Source of the DNA: Parasitella parasitica NRRL 2501
Lineage: Eukaryota; Fungi; Mucoromycota
Assembly (NCBI GenBank): GCA_025201805.1
Contig: MU619241.1
Span: forward strand, 90,368 to 154,367
Length of the DNA stretch: 64,000 nucleotides
Reading direction: 5' to 3'
Shown: positions 38,971-53,336 of the stretch, in pieces
Numbering within the stretch: position 1 is the stretch's first letter
Layout of the letters: each line of letters begins with the position of its first letter
Translations under genes and position numbers: made by a program
The notes under the pieces: generated by a model
The model's input: the letters and a program-made list of their open reading frames with translations, nothing else
Told to the model about the DNA's origin: nothing
Database searches by the model: none

Positions 38971-39923
38971 TTATTCAAAGGATTTGGCGTATACTGAACA
39001 ATTTTGTGTCCTCCCTTTTTAAAAAGTCTATTTTATAAGCTATAAACGGTTATTGCCTATGCTACTGATCTGCCCATAATACCACATTTAACAAGAAACA
39101 AAAGTCCTCATCAAACTGGAATCATATAGTATGCGAAAAGTTAGCCCCTTTCTAATATAAATAATTTTGGATAAAAAACCCTTAATTTATGATTATCTTC
39201 AAGATTAGCATATAAAATGTCGTGACATATATACATATTGTATATGAAACAAAGAGCAACTAAGCGGCACATATTCAATTACATCAATCAAATTATAAAT
39301 AAAATTCTCAATTTATAAAGCCTGTCAGTTTTATCCTTTTCCCAGTATTTTCTCTCCTTGATTTGTCATTAAAGAAAGGGGGTTGTTATTTTTAAGAAAT
39401 GTCTGCTCGGCTATACCTATTGTCCGTACCAGTTTATGATATTCATGAAACATGTGGCAACATTTTTGTTTATTTACGTTTCCGTTTTAAGCTTGATCTT
39501 CACATGCTGGTAGATGTGGCCAAGACATTTTCATGATTTTTTGTTTATTTTGGAAGCGCGCCAGCAGCACGTTAATAATCCTCTCAGAAGATTGGATGTT
39601 ATTACAGCTTGGACATCCAATGCTCAAATGAAGTCGTAAAGCATGATCTATTATTCCGTATAAACCGGACCAAACAACAATAAGCGGTAGTAAAGAGATC
39701 AAGGTTGTTGCCGGAATGTTTTCCGGGCAAACAAACAAAAAGATTTCAACAATTACAGAAAAAATACATGTAAATTTATTAAAAATAAAATCTAATATTT
39801 ATGATACAAATAATAACAAATTGGATACTATACAATGGTGTCGTTAATCTGAAGATAGTTATAATAAGGGAATGACTGAAGAAAGTCGATTTTCTTTAGC
39901 TTGCTGTCTATATCTATGTCAAT

Positions 39924-41945
39924 CTACGTTTTATGTTTGGCGAATACAGATTCACGTGTGCCTAAATGAGCTAAGGCTTGATATGGCTTCTTGGGAGGAG
40001 GAAAAGGGCCTTGTAGTAATAGAGAAAACGCTTTTTTTATGAACCCTTTGTTTTTAGTGTTGTGTTTTTTTTTTTTGTGTTTCGGCTCATTTGTTGCAGA
40101 CGAAGCAGTCGACGGCGTTGTTGTGTTGACACTATTTGATCTCCTAATTGCTCTCCCACTTAAAATGTTTCGTTGTTTAGTGCTAGAAATAGGTAGACGT
40201 TTTGTTATTGTTGATCTGGTCGAGTTACTGCTGCCATGAACATAAATGGGTCTATTGGCTTTCATTGTCCCACCAGTATTGACAGTATGATGATAATGAT
40301 ACCGATCCAATAAAAGAGGTCGATAAGGCTTGAGCCAAGGATGATGGATAATCAAATCTAACGACGCTCTTGAGGAATCAGGAGCCAACATGCGTTTTAT
40401 TATATCTTTAGCATCTAACAATGAATGTAAGCACGAGTAAGATAATTATAGCAATAAAATCAACTTACCCTCAGAAAGCTCATTAGGGATACTAAAATCG
40501 CTATTTAACATCTTTTTGAACAGTTGCTGATCATTAGAGGCAGAGAAAGGGTACCTTCCAACCAACATTCGATATAAAAAGACGCCCAAAACCCAAACAT
40601 CCGCTAATTCACTGTGATATTCAATATTTACTGAGAGCTCTGGAGGAACGTACTGAGAATTGCCACAAAACTTGTGATATTCCGATTTTCCTTGACGAAC
40701 CATTCGCATCATATCGATGTTGCCACTGTCATCAAACAGCAAAGCCATTTCACTAGGGTTTCCATTCTGGGTTTTTTGTACTTGTATTTGCTGCTGCTGC
40801 TGCTGCTGGAATTTATTGGCAGCGAGTACCATCTTGGCAAATTTGCGCTTGCAGAGGTCCTCGTTGCCCACAAGATCAAATGGCATAAATTGATCACTAG
40901 GCGTCTTTTGAATAGCTTTGATTTCAGGCCATGGCGTATTTGTCTCGGTTTTTACTGACGAGGAAGAGGAAGCAATAGGAGGAAGGGGGCAAATAGAGGT
41001 GTCTGGTTGCTGTTCATCTGTTGTAGGCTCCTGGATACTCGGGACAGCAGCAGATGATGATGAAACAGCTTGCTTGTTGTCAGTAATATCCAGCTGAGTA
41101 GACAAAGAGGCATCTGCTGCTTGAGAAGGTGAGCTATTCTGTCGTTGCATTTGACTGTCGCTGTTTAACAATACGTTCGATTCATTTGATTCGGTTGCCA
41201 TGGTTTCGCTTTCTTCAAGAATTGGATACAAAGGTTGATAATTGTCGATTGTATGGCTTCTACTGTTTGAAGGCTGAAGAGAAAAAAAAAGAAAAAGAAA
41301 TCAGTATCCATGGGAAATAAATTTATAGGCATTCTTTCAAAAAAAAAAAAAAAAAAGGGCACTATGAATCTCTTTGTAGGTAAAACAATAACAATGCAAT
41401 TGATTGTTACATAGTAAAAATAGCAGCAGCAGCCAGACAAGCTCGGCGGCCATAATTCCCGCTTTGCTTACAAATAATTGGTGTGTGTGCAACATTGTCA
41501 TGTAATGTACGATGAATAAATGCATGATATAAAACGTGGCAGACATATTGCATTTTATAAATAGAGAGAAAGAGAGGGAAACAAGAAACATAATTACCTT
41601 GACGTTGCTATTGCTATTACTACTTGTAGATGTGAGAGACTCTATGTCTGCTGGATCAATCAATGTTGTGTCTGTTAATAGTGTCGGCATAGACGATATT
41701 GTTTTTTTGTCAACTGAAATGTCATTATGAACGGACGTAGCAGATTTATCGGGTATAAGGAATGGGAGTGGGGGTTTATCAGGAGATAGTGATCTCCAAT
41801 CAAGCGTAGTGTCATCTTTATCGTTCGTTTTGGATCTTTTGAGTTGACGCCACCAGGTTTTGATCAATGTCTTTTTGTTTCGTAAATCATTTATAAACAA
41901 TTGAGGCATTCTGTTCTTCGTTTTGCGAGTGTCATCATCCAACAT
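39924..41945 (-). CDS. Kinase-like protein retaining only a CAMK/AMPK-type C-lobe (pseudokinase), 3 exons
   Basis: FCGNSQYVPPE, ADVWVLGVFLYRMLVGRYPF, DAKDIIKRML, IIHHPWL are present; no Gly-loop, VAIK, HRD or DFG is found. Confidence 0.8.
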
Positions 41946-44900
41946 GTGTTTACTACAATCATAAAATCTGTCGTTTTGATCAGATAAAAAATCTCAGGTA
42001 CCGAAATACTTTATTATCCAAGAAGATCTATAATTGAATATGGAAGAAGAGAGGAATGTTTTCAATACAATTTGATTTAAATATAAAAGCAGATAAAAAG
42101 GAGAAGAAGAAGAAGAAGCAGAACAATATACAACGACATTTACAAGTATAGATTTTTTTTAATTCTCATACCCGAGTAAAATTTACTTTTCAGGTAAATA
42201 GGCTCTACTTTTTGTGTGTCTTGAGAAGATGCAAACTAAACCTTGTATTTCTACACTTTCTAAGAGATGGATCTATTGCACCTTGTTTTTCTTGTTTATG
42301 AGTTAGTTAATGTTATTTGGTTTTGAGTCTGTCTCAAATACAAATGCTCAAATTTTTAAAAAGCACGTACCAACAAGTGCAAAAGTCCCTTTTACATGAT
42401 TGTACATTAACTCATCGTTTGCACTAAACAAGCCCCCCTCCCCTTAACAGTTTTGCCACGCAAACACTAATAAAATCAACTATTTTGTTGATATTAACGC
42501 TTTTTCATGATGCCACCAACACTCCTTTCCAGGACGATCTTTTCAATTTATCAAATATATACATCTATATTATAGTGACACTGGGCACGTTTTTCTTCGA
42601 TACATGTTTTTCCGGAAAATCAATACGTTAGTATATCTACATACACAACAAGTGGCAATGAAATCTAAAAGTGGCAATCAATCTATTAAAAGGTACAATA
42701 ATAAATATCATACAAGATTGTTGTGTTTAGGGCGCGCGGATTTATTACATAACCCCTTTGATCTTCGGTGCTACCAGCCAATCTGGTATATACGGTACAA
42801 TATGGTGCAATGTGTGTTGTCTAACAAGAATCATATATACATTCCTTATCTACCCAGAGAAACTCCATTGTGAAAACTTCACTCGGATTTTTCTTCTTAT
42901 GTTTGTAACAACGTTATTTGTGGCGATATACAATGTGCCACTCCCCTGTAAAAACATGCGTACAAGTGTTTTTATAATACAGTACATCTAGTAAATCAGT
43001 ACAGCGTGATCAATTAATTTTAGTTCGAGATCAGACTGTAGAGAGTCTTTGATATTGTCAGTATATGAAAATCATACTAAGAAGCTAGATATATGTCTCG
43101 TGTTGTTTTCTGTTGTGTCCCATTTAGCAAATTCCTATTGTAATGCATACATGCAAACTTTGATATGATTTTGCTATTGAATTGGTATATGCATCTGCTA
43201 TGTATCTAATTTAGAGAGTTTGGATATTAGCAATGTCGAGTATATATATCTGCTATATGTAAACCATCTGTTGCTATCCTCTTTTGATTGAACTCCTTCG
43301 TTCTTTATAATATCACTGTGAAGCTGCAACATGCTATGGCCATAGCGTTATTTCTAATAAACAAGCTTTGAAAGTCGACATGTATATGCAGTGTCACCAT
43401 GTTTGTATATCAAAAGCTACCTCGGACAATCACCAGCGATGTATTCTACGCTTAAGAGACCTATCTAAAAAAAATTAAAAAAAAAGTGTACAAAATTGTA
43501 GCTTTATCTTCTTTCTCATATAATTTACCGCAGTACATCAGAGACTCAGCATTAATCTCGTACATTTTCTCTCATCAGATCCATAGAATGCCTTTATTAT
43601 ATAAATTTGTGGCCCCTCAGGCATTACTACTATTATTTTTTTAAGGTACAGACGAAGGGATGTTTTATGCTTATATAGCATGTCTATTCGTCAAATTTTA
43701 TGTAACAAAGCAGCTATTTTTTCTGCTGAATTAGCCGCCTTCAACAAAACTTGTGCTAGATAGACCGTACAACTTTGATTTAACATAAATGCAATGGCTT
43801 CGAGTTGGTGCCATCTGATAAACAGATCCTGATTATTTGAACTGAATACTCAATAAAATAATGCAAAGTCATTTTCGATGTTCATGATGTCAAGGTATTG
43901 CCAAAAAAAAAAAAATCATGCTGATTTTATAGCATTTGAACTTATGGTGCAACTGAACGATATTTAAATCCATCAAAAAACTTTTAAGGGATGTTTTTAC
44001 AACCCTATTGATCTCCAATACAGTATGACCTTGTATAAACGATTACAAGTTTTTCATGAAGAGCAGAGCAAGGTGTGTTCTAGCCATGCTGATATAGTCG
44101 CAATTAGAGTAATCAGATGCATACTTTTATTTGGGCCGGTTGATATATACTTATAGTTTTCGGCAGAAACAACGATTTTGATATAAAAATCACATATCAA
44201 TACTTCTAAGTCTCGATAAAGAACAAAGCTAGGTATATTTAAGACTTAACTGATACAACTACAATTAGGGCTATCTGATGTGTACTTTTGTTTGGACTGG
44301 ATGATGCATACATATAAAGTTACCAGCAGTTTTATATATATAAAAATTGCATATATCCCAAGCTTGAGTTCAACAAACTAGAGCAATTTTGTATTTTTAC
44401 ACTAAACTTATTCAAGACCTATTTCTCAATGAACCACACTTCAGGATAACAGCATGGTCGCTTTTGCTAAAGGGTTTCACCGTCATTACTCAAGGTCAAG
44501 GAAAAGGTCAGAAGAGTAAGGTTGAGCACGGTCCACCATTCATCATTTAGCTCAACATTAATTTCTTCGATCAATAAAAAATTTGGCCTTTCTATCATTC
44601 CCACTGTTCACTGTCGCTAAATTCATTGCATAGAGAATCCATAGCAGCAAAAAAATTTCTTGGTGAAAAGGCTACTACTTGATATCGTTTGCTTCTAACA
44701 TGCTTTGGATTGATGTAATAATACGATAAAGACATTATAAGAAGTACCCAGCTGCTTCTTTTCTTTGTAGTAGATAATGCAATTACCCTTTGGCGTATCA
44801 TTGAGAAGACACAGCATACTGTAATGATAGCGTAATTTCCTAATAAGCAAGTATTAAAAGTCAAAGATACAAGCTTATCAAACCACTAAACGGAACACTC

Positions 44901-46185
44901 CTAATTGGCATTCGCCTTGTGCTCGTAATACCCGTGAGTATGGTACATCACTGCGATTGTTAAAGGTATGGCATTATCCTGCTCTTGCAGACATATGCCG
45001 CATCTCGTAGCGCTATCACCGCGCTACTCTTTCTACGATTGCCTGGTATTTAATAATATTGCTAAAATAGGCTTCGCCAAATCTCCATACTTTCTAATAT
45101 TACCCTAGAGCTTCTAGATCTTTTTGTTTTACATGTGGGCTTTTAATATGAAACCGTTCCGGGAAAAAATGGAGTAATATCATATACCGTATCATAGTGC
45201 AGCTTTTGATTAGAGCAATCCGATAAAGACGATCTTCATACTCCATATGCAATATCTATTTAATGATGATATCCCTTACACATATCATAGGTGCCAAAAT
45301 AAGTAGCATTTCAAGATGATGTAAAATATCTCCCTCCCTAAATATTAGAAATGAGGCAAATGTTGGGTAATTAGCTTGATTATTAAGCGTGAATTTGTAA
45401 ATGTTGAACACACTTGTACCGGAAGCTAGAATGTGCTGTAGAATGTGCTGTATTATCAAAGATATTGTAAGCTACAGGCTAAGGAATTACGAGATTTTGA
45501 GTTTACATTCAATGTTATTTATCTAATTGATTTGTCCCTAGGTATAACAAACCACATATTTTACGAACTGCTAATCTAGATCTGATAAGATATTTAGCAA
45601 CCATAACCTCCCGCTCAAGAGGAGAGACATTGTGGTGTCACTCAAAATCAATTTAAAGCTCGCTCCTGGCTATCATACTTGTGTGCAGAACCTTTTTCTT
45701 TTTCTGTAAACAATTACATCTTTGTTAGAATCACTTGTTCACTTATATCTTATTTTTTTTCTATCAAAAGGGCATGGAAAATAAAACTTTTTTTTTTGGC
45801 ATCCGTGGTATGCAAATCCAACAATAAATCCAACAATAAATCTATTTATAAAGATTTTTGTTGTTCCTGGAAATTTCTTTTTTTATAGCTCGAATTTTTT
45901 TCAATGTCGAATACTGAACAAGGCTTTTTTTTTTTTTTTTTTTTTCAAGTAAAGGTAATTAAATAATGAGTAAAAGCGAAAGTTATTGTATACACAAATT
46001 AGTAGCTTTAATTGGGTATGAGGGAAAGCGAAAGGTCGAGATCTTTTACCTGATGGTTGTAATTAGCACAACCTTCCCAATAAAAAAACAAAGATTGTTG
46101 GCTTTTGGGTTTAGAATATTTAAAAGCCTTGTTTTCCTCTTTGCTTTTCTTTCTTTCCTTCTCTTTTCTCTTCAACATTTACAAC

Positions 46186-47368
46186 ATGGCAAACAAGACG
46201 GATTCTGGGTACATGTGGTTAGGAGTGTATTTTCTTCTCAACTTGTCGCTAACCCTATACAACAAAATCATCTTGAACAATTTCAAATTTCCCTACACTT
46301 TAACAACAGTCCACACATTATGTGGCACAATTGGCTGCTACATCCTCTATCTCTTGGGTGTGTTTGTTCCCGCAAAGTTAGGTAGCCGTGAAAACGTCAT
46401 CATGGTCATGTTTTCTGTGCTTTATACTATTAATATTGCTATCAGCAATGTATCATTGTAAGTTGCATCCTCTCTATGCAATCATAAACTAATGTACTGT
46501 GTATCGAATAGAAATCTTGTGTCTGTACCAGTAAAGTATACATAAACCCAAAAAGCACCACATTTCAACTAACATCTATAAATAGTTCCATCAAGTTGTC
46601 CGTGCAATGACACCTGTATTCACTGTGATCATATCCATTTTATTCCTCAAGAAATCATATCCAAACCAAATCTATTTGTCGCTGTTACCTGTAAGTGTTT
46701 GCTGTGGTGCAGAGATTTCTGTATTAACCTTAATTAATAAGGTTGTTCTTGGCGTCGGATTTGCTACTCGTGATGAGTACTCATTTACTTATACGGGATT
46801 TTTCCTCACAGTACTGGGCGCAGTGCTAGCTTCGATCAAAACAGTTGTAACAAATCGTGTTCAGGTGGGCAGGCTCAAGCTGAACCCTCTCGATCTACTA
46901 TTTCGCATGTCTCCACTTGCATTCATTCAATGCCTTGTTTATGCATACATCACTGGCGAATTACAAAGCGTAAGAGAATTTGCTGAGGAAAGCATGACCA
47001 TGAACTTGGCTTTTGGTTTATTGTTGAATGGTCTCATCGCATTTGCATTGAACATCGTCAGTTTTACAGCAAACAAAAAGACAAGTGCCCTTACAATGAC
47101 TGTAGCTGGAAATGTAAAACAGGTGTTATCTATTGTACTGTCGGTCGTATTATTCGATTACCTCATTACTACAACAAATGCGTTTGGCATAATTCTTACA
47201 TTGGTGGGCGGTGCATGGTACGGACATGTGGAGCTAAGCTTAAAGAGAAACACTACCCAACAATCAGTGTTACCAACCACCGCCAAGTATGACGATAAAT
47301 ATGAACAAAAGACCTCTTTACTTCATGAGTCACAATCCATGTCAGAAAAGAGAGAAGTTGTAGTTTAG
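46186..47368 (+). CDS. Triose-phosphate/nucleotide-sugar transporter (TPT family, similar to Mucorales tptA), with a 19-nt microexon at 46512-46530
   Basis: WLGVYFLLNLSLTLYNK, LYTINIAISNVSL|NLVSVP|FHQVVRAMTP, KTVVTNRVQVGRLKL, SFTANKKTSALTMTVAGNVKQ. Confidence 0.93.
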
Positions 47369-47605
47369 TAGACGGATTCATCTTTTGTGTATATTGTATA
47401 TTTAGTAATAAATAATAAAAAGCCCACATTTTCAGATGTAACATTAATGGACTATTGTAATAAATAAGTGTTTGCCAAATCTCATCATTTTTTATTATTT
47501 TCCTATTAATATTTCTTCACTATATCAAGGGATCACATCCAAGTTCGTTATATCGCATGAATCGACAGAGTAAATCCACGACATTTAGTCTTGATAAAAA
47601 GTGCA

Positions 47606-47645
47606 TGTTACACTATGTTACACTATGTTACATTATGTTGCATTT
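47606..47645 (+). repeat. Tandem 10-mer minisatellite (tgttacacta, about 4 copies, degenerating)
   Basis: tgttacacta tgttacacta tgttacatta tgttgcattt. Confidence 0.85.
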
Positions 47646-50600
47646 GTAATTGTTTGTTTATTTAGGCTATTTATCTTCTAGATAGGGTATCAAGTCATTG
47701 GGCATGGCTGAGTCTATCAAAGTCATTGATCTGCCATAATTGTAGATAGGAGATCATGGTAATGTACTTGAAATGTTTTACGCTTGTGTAAACTGGAGAA
47801 TAAAGTCTTTCTTTCACATTAAGAAGGTTATTCCTGTAGCACAGATCTGTGCACCAGAATAAAGGTTAAGGGCACTGTCAGATCAAAGACGCGTCGCGCT
47901 TGTTGTATAACCATACATCGTACCCTGTCAAGTAGGTTGATACTGGGAATTAATCTTGTCAATTAGTAATCTAAATAAGTTACCATAAATTTATGTACAG
48001 TCTTTTTATGGTTACTGGGAAAAAAAAAAGTAAGTAAATCATAAATGCTACAGTGTTAGTGATAATATATTATTGTTTCTGATAACAGACCTTTTATTTT
48101 TGATTAAAGCTGAGAGGTTTCTGAGAAAAGATATATGTCTTACTAAGAATATTTCAAGTAGGTACAAGAAGTATTAAATACAACTACATTTTTAGTTTCC
48201 ATTTTACATAAAAATGCCCAAGAATAGGGAACATTATATTTTTGATCAAACAGCCATTGTGCAGGAGCAATAGGTATTTTTAAATGAATGAACAATCACG
48301 AACGGGCCACAATACATAATTGTTTGAATTTCATAATATATAAATGTTGATAAGTTATTTCAGATATATTCGTTAGATACTAGTATCTAAATAAGCTCAA
48401 ATATTTAGGCAAGTCTATAGAGCTGCAAAGATATTTAAAGTAAATTATAAAACCATCAAGATATTAAGCTATCAAAGTGCATATACTAGTAAGGCATCAA
48501 GTTGTATGTATCGGTCAAATTATGCATTTACATTATGGCAGTTTTGTCCCCGGATCTAAGCCAACCATTTTATTCTATTTCTCCTTCAATTATTTATCTT
48601 TTCAAAAATCATAGCACATTCAAGCAAAGGACAACCTCTACTTTTATAACTTCACACTATCATTTTATGTTAAATCTGTTGAGTAAGTCAGGATATCCAA
48701 TATTAAGGAAAGAATATACAGTTAGGGCTCGTTTTAAAGGACGGATTGGTGTACAAAAATGTGCTTGGTATAACGAGTTATACCCTATTCAGGATGTAAT
48801 ACTTTACAGCACAGTGCCTGGAACCTGGAATCTACCAGAAGCTTATTATGACGCTTAAATTTTGTGAGTAAAATTACCCTCGACCTCAATTCTAACCTCT
48901 AGTCTACTTTCTATTCTACATGTTTAGCATTAGAATCACAAAAAAAGGGACCTTTGAATTTGCGTTGAGCATTATTATAGGTAAAAATGGTAATAGGGCT
49001 TCTCTGTCAGCAGCAATTAGCAACTTTTGTGAATTATTCACAAATATCAAGGGGTCATTACAGCAAAACATTTATTCGTTAATTATTCTCTTCCGCTTCC
49101 AACTCGATGAGCCACACCTGTTTTATCATTTCACTACGAAAGAAGGTATACTTGTCGTATCAGAAATACTTACTTTATAGAGCTATGTCATGTACCAGAA
49201 TTGATATTAACGTGATACGATCTCCAGATAGATGTTTTTTACAGCTTAAAAGTAAAAGTTTTACCTTCGTATGCCATTTTTGATTGATTTTGATAATTAA
49301 AAGTGCTCTAAAAACGCCAGAAATAGTATCCATTGGGAAAGAACTATATTATAGATGATTTTGGCGCAATTTGAGCATGATTTTTTTTTTTCGATGCAAA
49401 ATCACAGATTTTTTCAATTTTTTTCTTGTACCCACACATCCAAAATCGTCGATTATGCATTATCCTCAATTTTGACCTCAAAAATGCAACTTTTTATTAT
49501 AGTATATATTAGAGGAAAACGATGGTAAAAGATCATTCCTTGATCTGAAAGACTGGAAATACGCTCTGATTAAGCAAAATATTGACTTTTCCCTCTTGAT
49601 CTGTTTTTGAGATTTTCTAGACAGAATTCCTTCCATAAGTATACGGGAATTATGAAATGATACCAGCGTGTAGAGCACCCAAAAATACAGCTATTGTCAT
49701 AGACTGACAGCCGTGGTATACATAGTATCAGAAGATGATATCTTGCCTCAAAGGAGTAATTTTGTTTCGAAATATCCAAATTGAGTTTCTGAAAGAATTT
49801 TTTCTTTCCAGATTTTGAAAGCGTTTAATCTCCGCTATCAGAGAAAAATTGTGTTTTTTGATGAAAGTATTAGCTTTCAGATGCCGTAGCTTAACCAAAT
49901 CAAGAGAAGACCAATTTCAAACTAGTTTATTCAAATGGTGTGCTTCTTAGATTTCTAATGGTAGTGCTTGAATGTCTGTACCTGGCCTGACGATCTCACG
50001 CTCCGATTTTGAAGAATAATTTTCCGAAAAAGTCAGAAAAGTCGCTACCTTCATCTGATGTCAACTTAAAAAGTACAAAAACTTGCTCTAAGCTATAAAA
50101 ATATGTATTCAAAAAGTGTCTTATAGTCTAATGCATTACTTTGCATTACTTGTTTTTGTGTTTGAGATCACTAAGCATTGTTTTCTTCCAGTTTTTGACT
50201 TTTTTCTGACAAAGACAAACTGAAGTTCGCATATACCACATAAAAAAAAAAATCAGGCGCCTAAATTCTACGCTGGCTTTACAAAGACGCACAGCTTTGA
50301 CCGTTCCAATATTATGGAAAAGATAGCATAGGTTTGAATAGCTGCTCTACTGTGCAACTGGATATAGAGAACCCAGCTTGGTACTTTTCTGGCAAGACCT
50401 TCTACACTAGAAGACGCCAGATCAACAGAAGGTGTAAGTAAGTGCCAGAGAAAAGGAAACAATCAACCACCAGGATAACACACCCATTTATAAAAAATTA
50501 TTTGTATAGAAATTTATGAAATCCCAAGGACATAAATGTGGTTTTTTTCAACTTTGCTCTCTGTTCTTGAATCCAGTTAAAGGTTATTGATTCAAAATCT

Positions 50601-50959
50601 ACAGATACACTTACATCTAGAATCACAGACGTTGTTAACAGACAACCGTAACCTTTTTTTTGAAGACTACCTTAGATTTAAAGATATGGTTTAGATGACT
50701 TATTTCACAAAAAATTCTCTTTGTATTTTCACTATGAATGAAACAAAGCAATTAATCTTTTTCTCTATATATGGAAATCCCCACTTCAAATTTTTTAAGG
50801 AAGATATTTCTCTTCTCTCAGAAACTTCCTAGCTTTTATCAGAAATAACAGGTTCGTTACTGGAAACCCTTATATATATTATCACAATCACCATGACCTT
50901 TATCATTTACTTGAACTTTTTTCTTCAGAAACTGCGAAATGACAGTAATTGCAAAGAGT

Positions 50960-51450
50960 ATAAATAGCAGTCGATGATTGATGGCGTTGCCTTGCAGATC
51001 TGCATTTCTATCTTTGCATCTTCATGTACATTTTTTGGGCGAAAATCAATCTATATCGACGTGGTTTTATGTGAATTATTTCAAAAGAGTGTGATGTAGC
51101 ATAATGAGTGATTCTTCGAATACTCTGCCAGGATCATCACATCATTAGCTTGCCGTTTGCGCTGACCAATTAAGTTGCAGGTAACCATTAAAAAAGCGTT
51201 AAATGGCATGTAATTACCACCTTTATCTGCAGAGCTTGACTGGGCATACGAATAAAAAGGCAATTGATGATCAGAAATGAAATTTTTGCTTCCTCCGGCA
51301 TATATAGCAGAATAAACTACCAGATCAAAACAAAGCCAAGGGTAAAGTGCTTGAAAAAAATGGAAATTGAGATGATTCTGTTCAAAGTTAATGCTGCCTT
51401 GGCATTCACGACCACTACTACTTTGACCGAAAGAATGATGCATATCTACA
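50960..51450 (-). mobile_element. Decayed copy C of the dispersed repeat; Crypton/Ndc10-like tyrosine recombinase C-terminal relic
   Basis: FFQALYPW..NAFLMVTCNL..NDVMILAEYSKNHSLCYITLF resembles the NDC10_II/Crypton segment (AF.QV...L...IQD.V.M.E....HPI..H.IF). It is followed by ICKATPSIID, shared with copy B. Confidence 0.45.
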
Positions 51451-52120
51451 AGAAAGCTTTTTTGTGCAGATCGGAAAAATCTGATTTTTTTTTTTCAATT
51501 TATAGTCTAATCAAGGACAAAATAAACTTTTTAATTGCTTGTTGTAGATAAAGCAAGTTACATACACGAAATGTGCATTAAAGAAAAGTAAAATCTTAGA
51601 GGGTAGATATATGAATAAAATCATTCCAAAAATCCATGGCCTTATGTTATCTTCTTCAATTATCGGCGTGCTCTTTTCCTTTAACACTGTCATTAGATAA
51701 ATTAAATTTAAAAGCTCACAGTACAGTTAGGCTGGTGGATATTGGCAAGTAATTGACAGTTATAAAAATATAGTTGTCGAGAGACGAGATTTAATTTGTC
51801 GGTTAATGCCCGACAACTTGTCGTTCAAATACGAATATGAAATTTGTTTTAATCTTACTGTTTCTATCTAAGAATATTATTGATAAATCAAGTATAATTT
51901 TTATTATTAAAATATGGTCATCGATGCAATTCAGGCAAAAAAAAAGAGACCCAAGGGTAGGAGAAGAGATAAAAAATGAAACTGATCATGGTGTATGTGT
52001 AAAAAAAAAACATAGACATTAGGTATGGGTACTAGTAGGAGGATGGCCATAAAAATGGACATTTAAGGAAGATGCTGTACATGAAGATGAATGGATATGT
52101 AAAAGTGAGAAATTTCATAT

Positions 52121-52500
52121 TCAAAGGATGATTTCTTTCGCGAGCCTCTTCTTTTTTTCAAAGTCTTCAATTTCCACCAAAATGCTTTGACGTTCCTCCA
52201 TGATTTCTTTGATTCGACTGTCCAATTCATTCAAACGAGCCTTCTTAGTTACTTATTCATCTTCAAGGAGCTGCAAACCTTCTTCAAAAACCCTAATCAA
52301 TCAAGTAAATGTAATAAATATGAAATTCAGCAACATGTGTGCATTGAGCTTTGCGCTTTGCGTACCTTTTCCACCTTGCTGTGATTGTTCGCTGTGGGCT
52401 TTTTGGGTTTGGAGGTTGGGAAGATGATTCTGGAGGCTGGGAGGTTGACCCTGGAGACTGGATAATAGTTGGTGGTCGAGACATAGGCAAGAAACGCACC
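52121..52500 (-). pseudogene. Pseudogene of a small Pro/Ser-rich and coiled-coil protein
   Basis: Intron 52293-52365 joins ..ITARWKR|VFEEGLQLLEDE*VTKKARLNELDSRIKEIMEERQ..; in-frame TAA at 52253-52255. Confidence 0.5.
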
Positions 52501-52779
52501 AAATCAACTTAGCAGTACGTTGTGACAATGTCGTTCTTGCTTGTTGCTTTCACTAAACAAACCAATTCATCAATATTCAAGCCCATGCAGTCTTGGGTGT
52601 TGTAGAAAACAAAGGCCATAACATGATTGGAAAAGTGTAAGAAGGCAACACTACAGCAAAGGTGAGAGAGCAATCTGTTTATTGCTTTTAATCGTTATCT
52701 TCCTCGACGCGTTGTTTTTAGCATTAGAAGTAGGGCAATCGGGGTTTTTTCTTTTAGAATATGCTGAATACTTGCAATG

Positions 52780-53336
52780 GCGTTTTTATCTTTAAACCAC
52801 TCCCCCTAAAGTTTGACATTAAGCTAAGCACCAATGGTATTCATTTACATTTGATCAACAAAATTGCTTGCACTTTGAAAATTGCGAAGCCTTTGTTTAC
52901 CAAAAGAAATGATGAAAGCACACTTCAGAAACGAGTAGACTTTGCCTCAAGTAACATTAACTACGATAGTAATTGTATTTTTGTAGATGAATCAGGAAAT
53001 TTGCCAGATCCAAGAAGGGAGAAGCAGCAAAGATAGTTCCTGGAGGTAACAATGCCAAGATCTTCTCTGATTTTTCAAAAATGTTGATCGAATCTTTGAA
53101 AGATGAACGTACTCCTCGGTACATTATTTTGGATAATGCTCGTATTCACCATGCCACCATTGTTCAAGAACGACTGAATAAAATAAAGTCCAAAGAGAAA
53201 GACCTGTAGATAGCTAAAAAAAAAAAAAAAAAAAAACACATGTAGTAAAAATTTATCAATCAAGTTCAAAGGGTAATTCTGACGAAAATGAAAATTTAAC
53301 CGGCAGAATTGTCCTATATCAATTGAATAATGTGTT
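52780..53336 (+). mobile_element. Internally deleted IS630/Tc1-mariner (DDE_3) transposase relic
   Basis: CTLK..KRNDESTLQKRVDF..NCIFVDESG (first catalytic D) and LDNARIHHA (second D, about 53130) in different frames; possible TIR-like end near 53308-53336. Confidence 0.8.

Noticed and set aside
51170-51215. MPFNAFLMV resembling an HMG-box start (sexM/sexP) near the tptA-like gene
   Set aside because: No downstream HMG helices or conserved Trp, and the context fits the Crypton-like repeat better.
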